From contig NC_043004.1 of assembly GCF_006345805.1 (NCBI RefSeq), positions 8,742,001 through 8,806,000 of the forward strand: 64,000 bases of DNA. Direction: 5' to 3'. The position numbers were made by a program, and so were the translations under genes. The stretch comes from Octopus sinensis (Eukaryota). The notes below the pieces were generated by a model that was not told where the DNA came from, ran no database searches, and saw only the letters and a list, made by a program, of their open reading frames with translations. Of the stretch, positions 13,001-27,600 are shown piece after piece. Each line of letters begins with the position of its first letter. Positions within the stretch are counted from its first letter, which is position 1.

Positions 13001-16000
13001 ATTGAAATCACTAAGATAAAAAAATTAAAGAATGGAAGAATAAATTAAAGAAAAAAAAAATGAAGCAACGAATGAAGAATTTCTTTTCAACAGACACATC
13101 TTCATTTGTTTGGCTAGAATCTCCCAAACTGGTAAATGATATCCAAAATGTTTAAACATACCTTTTAGGTGTAGCTAAACTGACCCGGATTGGTCTCCGG
13201 CCAATGGACACGTGCTGCATCTCAAACATTGCCTTCTGCTGTTCACTTTCATCAGTAAACCTGACAAAGCCGTAGCCTTTACTGCGACCATAATTGTCAA
13301 GCACCACTAACCCAAAGAAGAGAAACGAAAAACGACAGGAAACAGAATTATACTCGTCAGGTCAGTGTGTGTGTTTTATGGTTTAATCAAAAGAAGAAGT
13401 ACAGCATTAATGGCCTTACTATGGGGCCACTGGGCCAGATAGGCGGACTGGACGTTATCTTAAAACAAAGTGAACTCTATTAAAGATATATGGTGGTGAT
13501 AAGCCATATAACGGATTAAATCTCTCGCCAAATAAAGAGATGATAGCTTGACCATTCATGGTGTCTATCAATGTGTGATCAATCCAGTACAAGAATAAAA
13601 GAATATTTGGTTGTGTGACCCACTATTCAAGCAGCATTTTAATGTCCAGTTTTCCAATGCTTGCATGGGTCAAGCAGAATTCATTGAGGCAGATTTTCTA
13701 CAGACCGATACCTTTCCTGTTATAAATCTTCATCCGTTTCCATGCAACACATTGTGCCAAGACAAAGGCACACACACACACATGTATGCATAAGCATGTG
13801 CCAGTGTACAAGCTTCTTTTCAGTTTCCGTCCACCAAATCCACTGATACAGCTTTGGTCAACCTGGGTCTAAAGCAGACCCAGGTTGATCGTCTTAGCTC
13901 AGAGTGCTAAGCAGTGGGATTGAACCTGAAACCACATTGTTAGGATAGAAGCTTCTTAACCACACAACCAGGCTTGTACCTATTCCAAATAAGATTTTCA
14001 GAGTATTTGACCTCATGCCACATCCTTACCCCAATCAATACCTTCGTTGATTATCTTTTTGCTATCCAATTTTCCTAGCAGTTGCCAATCTTAGCCTGGA
14101 AGCTTGGATTTTGTACTTGCAGTTGAATTCTTCAGTCTGAGGACCTGTAACTTTGCCATTCAAGATTTATCACGACTAACTTAAACAAAGGCCCTGAACT
14201 GTTTTGTTATTCAAATTTCCTAATAACTGTCCACTTTTTAGCATTTAAACCGGTTATATCCAGCCAAAAGTATTCAGCCTGTTTTATGTTCAAAATGGCC
14301 AGATCTGGTCTCTCACACCAACCCTACAATATCGTTTGAAAAATTAACAGCTTCCTCATCAAAATCTCATAGCTACAAGATAATGCATGATTAGTTCAAA
14401 ACAATGTGGATAAAAAAAAAAAAACATTAATTTTGGCAGAATGATGCAAACACTAAAGGGTTAAAGTCTGTGAGCCATTATTTCTCATCGGCTGCCAACT
14501 TATTCAAACTGTGGGGCCCGGAGACTTCCTCAAAACCAGTCTAGCTAATTAAGCACTGCTACTCAAAATCACCAGCAATTAATTATGGAAAGTTGTAAGT
14601 CAGGGAGGATGTTCTTTCGATTCTCACCTTTAGCAGCACTGCAGGAACGGAAGCATTTTGAGAAAGCACTGTACAGTTCATAGTCATCAACATCATCAGA
14701 GAGGTCTCCAACAAACAAGGAATATTCCGGACTGTGAAAGGAAAGAGAAACACATTCACCATGAAACAAGGACCTTGTTTAGATTTATGTGTTTAAGACC
14801 TAAAATAATTTTTTGCATTGTCATAATCTCACACATTTGAAAGGAAAGAAAGAAAACTGAAAAAATTCTTAGGATATAACTGGTACTTTGACTAAAGGAA
14901 GAATTGAACTTATGACCTAGTGGTCAATAGTCAAGCGCTTTAACCACACAACTAAATAAAATAAAACCAGAAATTAGTTGGGGCCCATATCTCAAAGATC
15001 AAGAGGGACTGTTACTGCTCTCTAAGAATGCAAAAACAATTACCATTGTTGGATTTATGGTACCTCAAGAGGACAGACTCAACATTTCTCATCAACTCAA
15101 GAAAAGAAGAACACCCCAGATATCAGGATTTGTTTGATGGGTCCCTTGTTAAGGGATGGTATCTGGACTCATCCCTAATTCAAGTTGGTTGCCATGGCTT
15201 CCCAGTTTGACCAGTGCAGATTTTCCTGAAGAAGATTGGTCTGAAATTCAAACAAATGAAAACAGACACCAAGAGGCAATGGGCCGATGAAACAGGCCCA
15301 AGGTGGTAATGGTTGACAAGAGACTTGCAAGTGGAACTCTTCCACAGGTGAAGACTAATTCACTCTTCACTGCCCCACTCTGGGTACCGAGTGTAGAGGC
15401 AAAGGGGCAAAATGCTTGTGACCCTGGGATACCTGCTGAGGACATGGAAGTGTTTCCAACATTGTGATGAATTCAAGAAACAAAAGAATCTGCAATGTCC
15501 TTGAGAAGTTCTAGCAGTGGCTCTGGCATGAACACCACCGATGGATATCAAATAAATAGAAAAATACTTACGTTGATAAATGTTCTTTTCCATAACTGGC
15601 TCTGTTTAATTTAAAGCGTTTTGGCTGGGAAAATGATAAAAAAAGAGAATTAAAAAAAATTTAAATCTTCACTAAAAACAACATTGATACAAAAGGTGAA
15701 TTATGTCAGGAAACAAAATCTGGGGAGGCATTTAGTTGCTGAGTGGTTAAGGTGGAACCACAGTTAGTATCTTCAAAGCAGAGGGATTACAGTAATAATA
15801 GTGACAGAAATGAGGACTTCATCCATTTCCTGATAACACAGTCCCATCAAAGTAGAGGTTATTTCCAGTTTGTGGCATTTGACTAAGAATTTGGCAGAGA
15901 GAAACTATGCAGAAACTGATCCTCACTCCTCTTCATCATTTCATATCCATCTTCCCTGCTGGCATCAGTTGGATGGTTTGACAAGATCCAATGGATTTAA

Positions 16001-19000
16001 GGACCACATCATGCATTAGTGAGCCTGTCATGCAATTCACAAGACCATGAACCTCAACGGGACTTCAGGTAGAATGTTTCCGCATCATAATAAAACCATA
16101 ACAATGCTAATTACAACGAAGAAATAAACTTAGTTTATAATATATGTGGTCTGACCAATAAGTATCCGGACTGTTGCCATAGCAACAAAGCTAAAGCATG
16201 CAGAGTGAAGCTGCTTGGCACAGATTGACTTTCCATGTGCACCACTAAGTTTTAATGGTCTAGCTGACTTCAGCTGTTTACAGCAGTGCTTGGAAGGAAG
16301 CTGTGTAACATGTGATCATCACATTGACCATGAGAGAGAAAGTTGAGCAGAGAATCTGCATCAAATTTTTGCCAAAAGTTTGGCAATACCTGCTCAGAGT
16401 CCTACACAAAATTTTCAAAAAGTTTATATTGTTCTCGACACAGTCAAGGAGATCTTGTTCAACTGAAATCTGATTGTCCTTCTGGTCAGCTGAAAGTTGT
16501 TTTGACACAAACATGCATCCCATACCCAAATCTTCGGTGATGATACACTGATCTGAACCGTAACTAATCTGCACATCCTCTGATGCTCACGGATGGTGAT
16601 TCGATGATTTCCCCTCACAGCTGCAAGTGCATCTGCAATGTATTTCTCAGTTCTGCTGGTTGCGGGGTCTCCCAGAATGTTTGTCAATATCAACATTTTT
16701 CCAGCCACCTTAGAAACGTCTGAACCACTCGTACACTTGTGTGCAGCGCATACACTCCTCTCCGTACACTTCCTGCAACTTTGCTAAGGTCTCTGAGCAG
16801 GTATTTCTGAGACAACTTTTTCTGTCATGGTGAATATAAACAGAGGAAGAGAACTAGAACGTTAAAACTTAGTGTGCATGCACAGCAGAGGTCAAGCCCA
16901 ATCTGCACAAAGTGGCTTCACTCTGCATGCTTTATCTTTGTTACCATGGCAACAGTCTGGATACTTATAAATCAGACCTTGTATATATACACCCGGAACC
17001 ATGCTAATAGCTTATGAGTGAAACTTAGGATTTCTTGGTTTTCTGTGAATCAGTTTTGATAAACGTTTCCCAGCTGGTTTGCACCCTATGGCAACACCAT
17101 TGTTATGTTTCCATTATTCTGTGTGATGTCCTTTCTTTTTTATTTCAGATTCTTCACTTTTTGGGTGAACCATGCCAATAGCTTTTCAATGAAAACAGTC
17201 CATCTAGACATTGTGTTTTTTTTCCAGAAAATGAAGGGTAATGATACATATTAAGCTTACATTGAGTATATATTTAACAGAAGACCATAATAATATTATA
17301 ACATTTATTGATATAATGAATTATTTAGCTACATGAGCACCATTTCGATGGATAACTTCAAAAACCCTATTGGTCATGGAATCTGTCAATTCCTTAACAG
17401 TAGCAGGTTGGACTGCCTCTGCTGTACCTTTTAATGTTCATCTACAAGACATCTTTCAGCATGAATTGGCATTTATCAGCATAAACATCTTGTTTAATGA
17501 TGGACCAAAGATTTTCGGTAGGGTTGAGATCCTGTTGGACTTGACATAGAAAATGTGTCAAGTCCAACAGGAAACGGTGTTTCCTAGGGCTAAATAACAG
17601 TAGCATTCTTCCCTTTTATGGGACTGCCATATTAAGTTGACAATGTACTATCACTTCTCTCAGACCTTGTATGAAACATTGATTTGCCAGCGTTTTGCCA
17701 ATAAAATATCAAAATCAATGGAGATTTAAATGAAATGAGACATTAAAAGAGAGATAATGTAATTACAGGTATACTGTTAGGCACAATCTTGCCATTCAGT
17801 CTTAGCATGGCACGGTGTGCCATCTCTGGAGAAGAAAGTTCAACAAAACAGTAACCGGCAGGCACTCTGCAAAAGAATCAAACAGAAAATAGATTACGAA
17901 GAGAAAGGCATGGCCGTAGGTAAGAAATTTTCTTCCCAACCACATGGTTCTGGGTTCAGTTCCACTGCATGGCAACTTGGGTAAGTGTCTTCAAATATAG
18001 CCTTGTGAGTGGATTTGGTAGATGGAAACTGAAAGAATCCTGAGGTGTGAAAACAGAACCAGGAATCAAAGGGTCTTAAGTTAGCTTAGCAAAGACCAGT
18101 AAGCAAGAAATTGGACAGGACCCTTCACCTTCAGATAAATAGCCCTGCTTGATATGTAGGAAGGGTGTAGGCAGAAATTCCATTTGGTGTCCCCAGTGCA
18201 AGCTATGGACACTTAAAAGGTGCAGTGGAATAGTAGGATGGTTAACAGAGAAAGTAGTTCTTTGTGTGGGCAGAAGATGTAGAGGAGCCATAATGACCAC
18301 AGATACAAAGGGAAAACTGGTTTCCTCAAATATTGCCCACAGCTGTAACCTACACCAGTGTTGCATAACCAGCTCACTCAAAAGTACCTTGGATCATAGG
18401 GTGACATGCCATTCTTGAGGAGACCTATTGAGTCAAGTACATCAACATCAACATCAGATGGAAATTGTAGTTGTGGGCCCCATGCCGGTAGCACGTAAAA
18501 AGCACCATCCGAACGTGGCTGATGCCAGTGCCACTTTGACTGGCTTCCGTGCCGGTGGCACATAAAAAGCACCCACTACACTCTCAGAGTGGTTGGCATT
18601 AGGAAGGGCATCCAGCTGTAGAAACACTGCCAGACCAGATTGGGGCCTGGTGCAGCTTCTTGACTTCCCAGACCCCAGTCGAACTGTCCAAACCATGCCA
18701 GCATGGAAAATGAACGTTAAATGATGATGATCCTGTAGGCTCTCTGGAGTTTGTACATAATTTCGAAGTAGGTGACCTAATTAGCAATGCTGGGGGTTGT
18801 ACAGAAAGTGTAATTGCTAGAATAAGAATACCAGGAAGAAACATCAGAGGTTGGAGTATGATAGAAGTATTGACAGTCAACAAGGTATTGGTTGACCCAG
18901 GGTTATAACAGAAGACCCTTTATTCAAGGTGTCAAGCAGTGAGACAGATCTTGAAACCATAAGGTTGCAAAGGTGAATTTCAATCAGAATTGGAAAAAGA

Positions 19001-22000
19001 CGAGGAAAATACACACACACACACACACAGAGGGGTTCTTAGATAAAATTGCAATGGAAAGCTTTGATAATATAAACAAGTTAATGAGGTGTTTGTTTAA
19101 CAATCAAGGTGTCAGGTGTGTTAAAATGTGAACCTAACTTAACATTCTTTAGTAATCTCTCTATTTATAAAGCTGAAGTTGACTGTGTATGGCAGGTTTG
19201 GTAGCCTTCAACTGACACTATCTCCTCCGAGACCCTGCGGCGCAAGTTGACCTAAATTGAGAGTATGATAGAAGAAGGCTTGCTCTACCTTCTGTAGAAG
19301 AAAAAAATTCAAATTAGACCATGTTAACACCAGAAATTATTTACGATTTTTTTACTGCTGTGTCACCATTTTTCAGTGTATTTCAACCAGAAAAATGTTG
19401 ACTTAAAGAGAATAACAAGCTACATAATGCAAAATTTTTACTTTTCAAAAATTCTAATTCTAAAGGGTCGAAACAAATCCGAGCAACGCTGGGCGATACT
19501 GTTAGTGTATGATATGAATAAGTTTTATCCAAAATCAAGGAATAAAGAAGGCATCCAAGTGATGATGGTGCTACACAAGTTATTTTAGAATTGGTCAATT
19601 TGGGAAAACCTCACCAAAGGTGTTCTTCAAGGATGATTTAGTTTAACGCTAGCATTTAAGCCAACCACATCCAGTACAAATACTCTACCTGTTTTATGTT
19701 CAACTGACCAGATCCAGCCTCTCATACCTTCCCTGCCATGCCATTAAAAAAAAATAAACAAGCACATTGTTGAAAGCTTGAAGCTCCAAGATGATGCATA
19801 ATTAATTCAAAACAATGGAAATAAACAGACATTAGATTTGATTGAGAAATCTGAATGCCAAAGGGTTAATAATGATGTCTTTGATAGATTCGGACTTACC
19901 CAGTCTGTTTATTGCGTATGATTTTCACACTGACAACTGTTTCTCCAAAATAACTAAAAGCCTGAGTGATGAAGCCTTCATCCATATACGGTTCCAGCTA
20001 CGGAAAAAGAGAAGAGAAGAGATTGTTCAAAATAAATGTTTTCATCTTCTTTTTTTCTTTTTGTTTTTTTTAGAAATGATAATATTAATAATCCTTTCAA
20101 CTGAAATCTGAAGGGAGGGGCAATGTCAATTATATCAACCCCAGTACACAACTGGTACTTATTTTATTGACTCCGAAAGGATGAAGGGCCAAGCTTACCT
20201 CAGTGGGATTTGAACTCAGAACATAAAGAGCCTGAAGAGATGCCACTTAGCAGCATTTTGTTGGGCATGCTGACAGTTCTACCAACTTGCCACCTGAATG
20301 ACAATAATAACTTCTTTACTTAACAATTAAGGATTTACAAAAAGACCTCAGTCCTTGATTTCAGGGACCACAGAATGATGAAAAGCAAAGTTGACCATAA
20401 CAGAATTTGAACTCAGAATGTCAAGGTTAGGACATTTTCTCCAATGCCCCAACTATTCTGCCAAGCTAGGGAAGGGATCATTGATTACAATGAACCTCAG
20501 TATCCAACTGGTATTTACTGTATTGACTCTGAAAGATTTAAAGGCAAAAATCAACGTCGGTAGAAGAAATACCCCGAAGCTTTGTATCCAACATGTTGCC
20601 TTACTGATGATGATGATGATCATCATTGTCATCATTTAGTGTCTGTTGTCCATGCTGGCAAGGGTTGAACAGTTTGACCAGAGCTGGGAAGCTGGAAGGC
20701 TGCACCAGATCCCAGTCTAATTTGACATGGTTTCTACAGCTGGATGCCCTTCCTAATGTCAACCACTCTGAGAGTGTAATGGGTGCTTTTACGTGCCATT
20801 TGCACGACACTGGTATCTGCCACAACTGTGATTTTGCTTGGTTTCATGGGTCTCCTTCCCAAGCATGACATGATGGCAAAGGTCTCGGTCCTTGCCTCCG
20901 TGAGGGCCAACGCACGAAAGGTGCTGATGATGATTTCCAACATGGCTGCAAGGCCAGAAATGTGTGTGTGTGTGTGAGGGTAGGGGGCAGCTGATTATGT
21001 AGAACCAAGTTCTGGATGGATTTATTTTGATTCAGAAAGAATGAATAGAAAGATAACCTCAGAATAATTGCAATGATAACTGGTGGCATGTAAAAGGCAC
21101 CCAGTACACTCTATGGAGTGGTTGGCATATAAGGAAGGGCAACCAGCCATAGAAACCATACCAAACCAGATAGGTGGAACTTGCTGCAGCTCTCCAGCTT
21201 ACCAGTTCCAGCCAAACTGTCTAACCCATGCGAGCATGGAAAATGGACGCTAAATTATGATGATGATGATGATAACCATCATCTTGTCACTTATTTACAA
21301 CTTAAGTTCACTACTTTTAGCTTTTAATCATCATCATCATCATCATTTTAACATCTGTTTTCTATGCTGGCATGGGTTGGATGGTCTGACAGGAGCTGCT
21401 CAAAATGGTTTCTACAACTGGATGCCCTTCCTAACGCCAACCACTTTAGAGAGTGTGCTAGGTGCTTTTTAGATGGAACCCAAAAACCTGCAGCATTAGA
21501 AATGCTCGTCTGGCAAGGGACGCACGGACAGCCACAGTTTTACTTAGCTTGAATGGTTTTCTCAAGCACAGCAAATCGCCAGGAGTCTCGGTCCCCTGCC
21601 ATCCCTCTGTGAGATCCAATGTCTGAAGATCCTTTCTCACCACTTCATCCCACATCTTCCAAGGTCTACCCCTTCCCCCATGTTCCCTCCACAATTAGGG
21701 ATCAACACTTCTTGATGCAACTGCCTTCATTCATATGCATTACACGGCCATACCAGTGCAGCCTTTTCTCCTGCACCCTACATCTAATGCCCCGTGTACT
21801 CGTTTTTTCTTTCAAATCACTTACACCCTGTCGTATATGCTCACTGATATTACCAATCCAGTGGAGCATGAAGGTTTATTTCTTTCAAGCCTTTGAATAT
21901 CCTCAGAAGTCACAGACCATGTCTCATTGCCATGTAGCTTAGCTGTTTGTGTAGCCATAAGAGATAACCCTAAGCAGAATCAAAGCTATAGCTTTAACTG

Positions 22001-24624
22001 AAAAGCATCCACATCATCAGTGCTATTCGACTGCCTGGCTGGGATAAATCCAACAGCACCAACGCCAAGTAGCGATTAGGAATAAATGAATTTTGGGTTG
22101 GTTAAGAAATATTTGGGACATATTTTAAGTTCTAATGGCAAATTCACTCTTATGGTGAAAGGCATATGTGCATGTACACACACACACACTAGCGTAGCTA
22201 GAGTGTGTGCCACCCAGGGGCAGCCCTTCTGTTTGCTGCCCCAGGACTCCACAAAAAGCACATATTGCCTACAGCAGACTCAAGTGTCACCCCTTTAAAA
22301 GTCCCTTCTGAAGCATATTGCCCCTACCGTCCAGGACAGATTGAAAAGCTATGCTAGTGCACACACACACACACACATGAATGAACTTATGCCATTCTAT
22401 ACACACATAATATATATATATATATAAGATTCTAATTAGATGATAACACTAATTAAAGATATGCAATCAATTTGACTAATGTTTATTACCAGATCAGTCT
22501 CAAATTTGGAGCAGACTCCAAATCCGAGACTAAGTTGGACATCATTTATTAGGTGCCACATAGCATCTATTGTATGAAAGAAGTCTATTTAGATGCATTT
22601 GTATGTGTGACAGTCTATTCATAGACATTTCATTTCATTTAAAACTTTTCAAAGGCTCATCAACTGAATGTTGGGTCGTTTCTTCCCTCTCTCTCTTCTA
22701 TATATACAAACACTCAAATATACATAGATATAAACACACACACATACATACACACATATATACACATAACATACATTCATACGCATATATACACATAACA
22801 TACATACATACACACACACATATATACACATAACATGCATACATACATACACACATATATACACATAACATGCATACATACATACATACACATAACATAC
22901 AAACACATATATACACACACATACATACATACACACACATATACACATACATACACACATACATATATATATAATGTGAACAATGACAGAGTGGTGATAA
23001 TCAGCTTTGAATGAACAATTAAATGTAATACCATGAATTCCATTCTCCAACGTTAAGAATTATGCTGACTGGAATTTCAGATTTTATGGATGGTTTTCTT
23101 CAAGGGTAATCATCCACTTTTATATAAACTCTGTTAGATAATAACTGTAAGAGTGCTGACTGAGGAATCAGCTTCAATTTATTAATCCCTGCTTATCATC
23201 ATGATGCTTGCATGGGTTGGACAGAATTTATTGAAGCAGATTTTCTACAGCTGGATACCCTTCTGGTTGCCAACGCTTATCTGTTTCCAAACATGATATT
23301 TTGCCGTGACCAGACATGCTTTTATGGAAGATTGGAAAGGAGAGACATCAGATGCAAGACGATGACACTTGTTTGCATCTATCGTGTAATGTCATAAGGA
23401 GACAGTAACACACACACACACACGTGAATGGCTTCTTTCAGCTCCTGTCTACCAAATCCATTCACAAGGGTTTGGTAGGTCCAGAGCTATAGTAGAAGAC
23501 CTTTACCCAAGGTGTCACAGAGTGGGACTGAACCCAGAACCTGTGATTGGGAAGCAAACTTCTTATGACAGAGTCACCCCTGCACTTATATCATCATCAT
23601 CATCATTTAGCATCATATAACGTCTGCTTTCCATGCTGGCATGGGTTAGACAGTTTGACTGGAACTAGGAAGCCAGAGAGCTGCACCAAGCTCCAGTCTG
23701 GTCTGGCTCAGTTTCTATCCTGACGACAACCCCTCCAAGAGTGTAATAGGTGCTTTTTACGTGCCACCAGCACAGGGGCCATTCACATGACGCTGGCAAT
23801 GGTTACGACTACAGTTTCCCTTGGCTTGATGAGTCTTCTCAAACACAGCATATGGCCAAGGTCTCAGTCATTGTCAGCACCCCTGTGAGGTCAAACATTC
23901 AAAGATCATGCTTCACCACCTCATCCCATGTCTTCCTGGGTCTACGTCTTCCACAGGTTCCCTCCATAGTTAGAGATTGGCACTTTTTTACAAAACTGTT
24001 CATGTCCATACCAGAGCATTTGTCTGTCTTGCACACTGCATCTGATGTCACTTATGTCCAGTTTTTCTCCCAAAATGTTTATGCTCTGTCGCTCATGCCC
24101 ACTGACACTGCACATCCAGTGAAGCATAACAGCTTCATTTCTTTCAAGCCTTCGCAGGTTCTCTGCAATCACAGCCCACATTTCACAGCTGTGGAACATA
24201 GTTGTTCGCACACAGGCAACATACAGTCTGCCTCTCATTCTGAGTGAGAGGCCCTTTGTTACCAACAAAGGTAGAAGCTCTCTGAACTTTGCCCATCTTA
24301 TTCTTGTTCTTGCAGCTACGCTCTCACAGTATCCACCTCCAATGCTGACTTAGTCACCTAGATAATGGAAGTCATCAACATATATATATGTATGTATATA
24401 AACATACACACACAAACATATGTATACAATATATATATATATATAGTTAATCCAAACATGAAAACACAACAACACGAGGACGTGGGACAAATATAGTATT
24501 ATTGGACTCTCAGGAAGGAAGGGAAGAAGGGTTTAACGTTTTGAGTGGAGCTCTTCGTCAGAAACATAGGAAAAGGAAAGATCCAGAGAAGGGAAGACAG
24601 AGGAAAAAAATAATCGCCAACAGT

Positions 24625-24659
<35 letters not shown>

Positions 24660-27600
24660 CACAACATATGTGAGTGTGTGTGTGTAGAAATATATATCTC
24701 TGGAGGCTGTGACTTTGAAGACCCGACAAATGAAGTGAGTTCATGGCTTGCAGGACGGCCTGCTGCACTTGTCCATCAACATCAAAATAAAAATCTTATG
24801 GATATTGTAGTTGTTATACCCATGCCAGTGGCATGTAGGGCCTCACAGAGGAAATGATGAAGACTGAGACCCCTGAGATATGCTGTGACTGTGAAGACCC
24901 GACAAAGGAAGTGAGTTCATGGCTCGCAGGACGGCCTGCTGTGCTAACCTTGGATCATAGAGTGACCCACTGTTCTCGAGGAGACCTATTGAGTTAAGTA
25001 TGTCAACACCAACATGAAAATAAAAATCAAATGGAAATTGTAGTTAAGACACCTGTGCCGGTGACATGTAAAAAGCACCATCCGAACGCGGCAGATGCCA
25101 GCGCCGCCCGACTGGCGTCCATGGTGGTGACACTTAAAAGCACCAACCAACCATGGCCGTTTGCCAGTCTTCTCTGGCCCCTGTGCCGGTGGCATGTAAA
25201 AAACACCCACTACACTCACGGAGTGGTTGACGTTAGGAAGGGCATCCAGCTGTAGAAACACTGCCAAACGAGACTGGAGCCTGGTGCAGCCTCCATGGCT
25301 TACCAGACACTGGTCAAACCGTCCAACCCATGCTAGCATGGAAAACGGATGATGATGATGATGATATATATATATATACAAAACGTGTGAGTGTGTGTAG
25401 AAATATATATATATACATACATACATACAGGCCAATACAGTAGGCCATTGCTGGCAAGGTGTTAGCAAAAATCATTCTCAGCTGACTGAAAAACATCTCA
25501 TAGCAAGTCTAGCAGAGAGTCAATGTGGCTTCAGGCCAGGGAAATCAACCACAGACATGATCTTCACACTGCAACGACTACAGGAGAAAGCAGCAGAACA
25601 ACACTGACCCCTCTTTGTGGATCTTTTAAAGGCATTTGACTTGGTGGGCTGAAAAACTCTTTGAAAAGTGATGGAGACTTATGGGTACCACAAAAAGCTC
25701 ATGACCAGCAACACTGAGGACATGCTACACTTTTGTGGACTGGTTTTCTTGTACAGCAGACATGTTTAGTCTCAGGAATAACACTTCAAACCTGAGCTGT
25801 TCTACCCGTCCCCACCATGATGTCATAATAGAGAGAGAGTGAGAGAGCCCAAGCCAGTGACAGTACATGGAGGTCCTTACCTATCTTGGCAGCACGACTT
25901 GTACTAACTCTTCTGACCTCGAAATTGAGTGGCAAATACAGTTTATCACAAAAGTTTCTGGTTCAGACAAGAAGCATCTATGGAACTGCTATGACAACAT
26001 TGCTCACAACACGAAGATAAAGGTGTACAGTGCCACAGTATTTCCTGCCTCTTATAAACCATGGAACGCATGACCTCTACCACAGGCACATCGAGGCCCA
26101 GATGAGAGTCCAACTTCATCATCTGCACTCTATCTTGCATATTAGGTTGCAGGATTACATTCCTGATGTAGAGGCCTTTTCTAACTCATTACAGCTATGC
26201 TGGGTGGGACATGACTGCAGGAAGGAGGGCAGCAGGCAGAGCTATGCTGGCCAGAGGTTGCAATACAGGGATGTGCTGAAGAGACATTTGAAGATCTCTG
26301 GCATCTCCCCAGATACTTGGGAGGAGAAGGACCTACAGGAGTGATAAATGGCACTGATTGCTGAAGTTCGTAATTCCAACCATTGAGGAGAAACAGTAGA
26401 GAGAGTAGAAAAGAGGAGAGGCATCACTCCTCGGTTGCATCCTGTAGCTTCACTGTAACAGATGTCATTGTTACTGCAGATCAAGAGTAGGCCTTGGAGC
26501 CAACATGTGGAGGAGCCTGCTAGGGTTGGTTACTCAATAACAACAGTCAATGTCAACCTATGAGGGACAGCCAAAGAAAAAACAATATAAGCCCAGTAGG
26601 TGAGAGCTATAAATATGAAATGAATCATTATAGAACATATAAATGAAAGCACACACACACACGCATGCATACACAGACAGACAAATGAATGCAACATTTT
26701 AATAAATTGAAAAAAAGGGAAAAGAAATCATTAAAATGCTGCTATGAGATCAAATTACACCTGGAGAGTTCAAAGTATTTATTTTAATGCTAAACAACAA
26801 TAACAGCAGTTTTAAATGGCTTTTGTCCTTGGTATCAAAGTGACATCAAAAGAACATCTGATCAGCAGAAATCTAAGCAAAGGCTACAATGTGATATTAG
26901 CCGACTTTAGCAAATCCCACCAGAGGCATTCAACGCTTTTTACTTTGTTTCTCACTAAGTTATATATACAAACATCCTATCATCTCCGTCTTTGATTTTA
27001 ACACCTACATTTAGATCCAGTACCAGGCAGTGGCTCTCATGGCTCTTGATCTTAACTGATTGGAAGTGTTATCATGTACATTGTTTCGCCTTGGTATAAA
27101 AGATGGGCTACAGCAAATATTCTGCTCAATACCACAGATTTGCTTGTCAGTTGTTTGACCATAGCCAGTTGAGCATGTCCCTTAGTGGCTGACGACATGT
27201 GCATCTCTGATCATGAGCAGAAGTAGTGGGGGAGCATCATAGCTGTTTGTTGAAAGGAATTCTTAGAGGTTTGGATAATTCACCTTTGGAAACATGGGTG
27301 TTTCATTCAACAACCTTAAACAATCCTTATTCAGGGACCTTTTAAGCGGGATGGGCTACTCGACCAGAAGAAAATTCTAACTGGGCCCCACCAGCAAGGT
27401 CATGCACTGTTTATCTTGATATGAGATCACCATGTCGTGCACATATGGTTGTGATGCATGTGTCTAGTGTACCCTTATCAGACGGGTAGTCACGATGGGT
27501 ATACTAGTTATCGTATATTTTATTCCAGTGTAACTTTCATGGCATGCACTGCTCTCTCACTCAATAATAATCCTTTCAAGGCCTGGATTTTGTGGGGAGG

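Noticed and set aside
16995-17200. Imperfect 30-bp direct repeat gaaccatgc.aatagctt...tgaaaac about 170 nt apart
   Set aside because: Short, diverged and adjacent to a mariner end. No evidence of function.
22570-23050. Several 88-133-aa ORFs rich in Val/Cys/Tyr/Met or His/Thr (also 63358-63996, 28419-28694)
   Set aside because: Translations of (CA/TG/TA)n microsatellites.
24700-24942. ~60-bp direct repeat 180 nt apart
   Set aside because: Both copies are the ORF2-end/3'UTR junction of an RTE-like LINE, i.e. adjacent truncated insertions.
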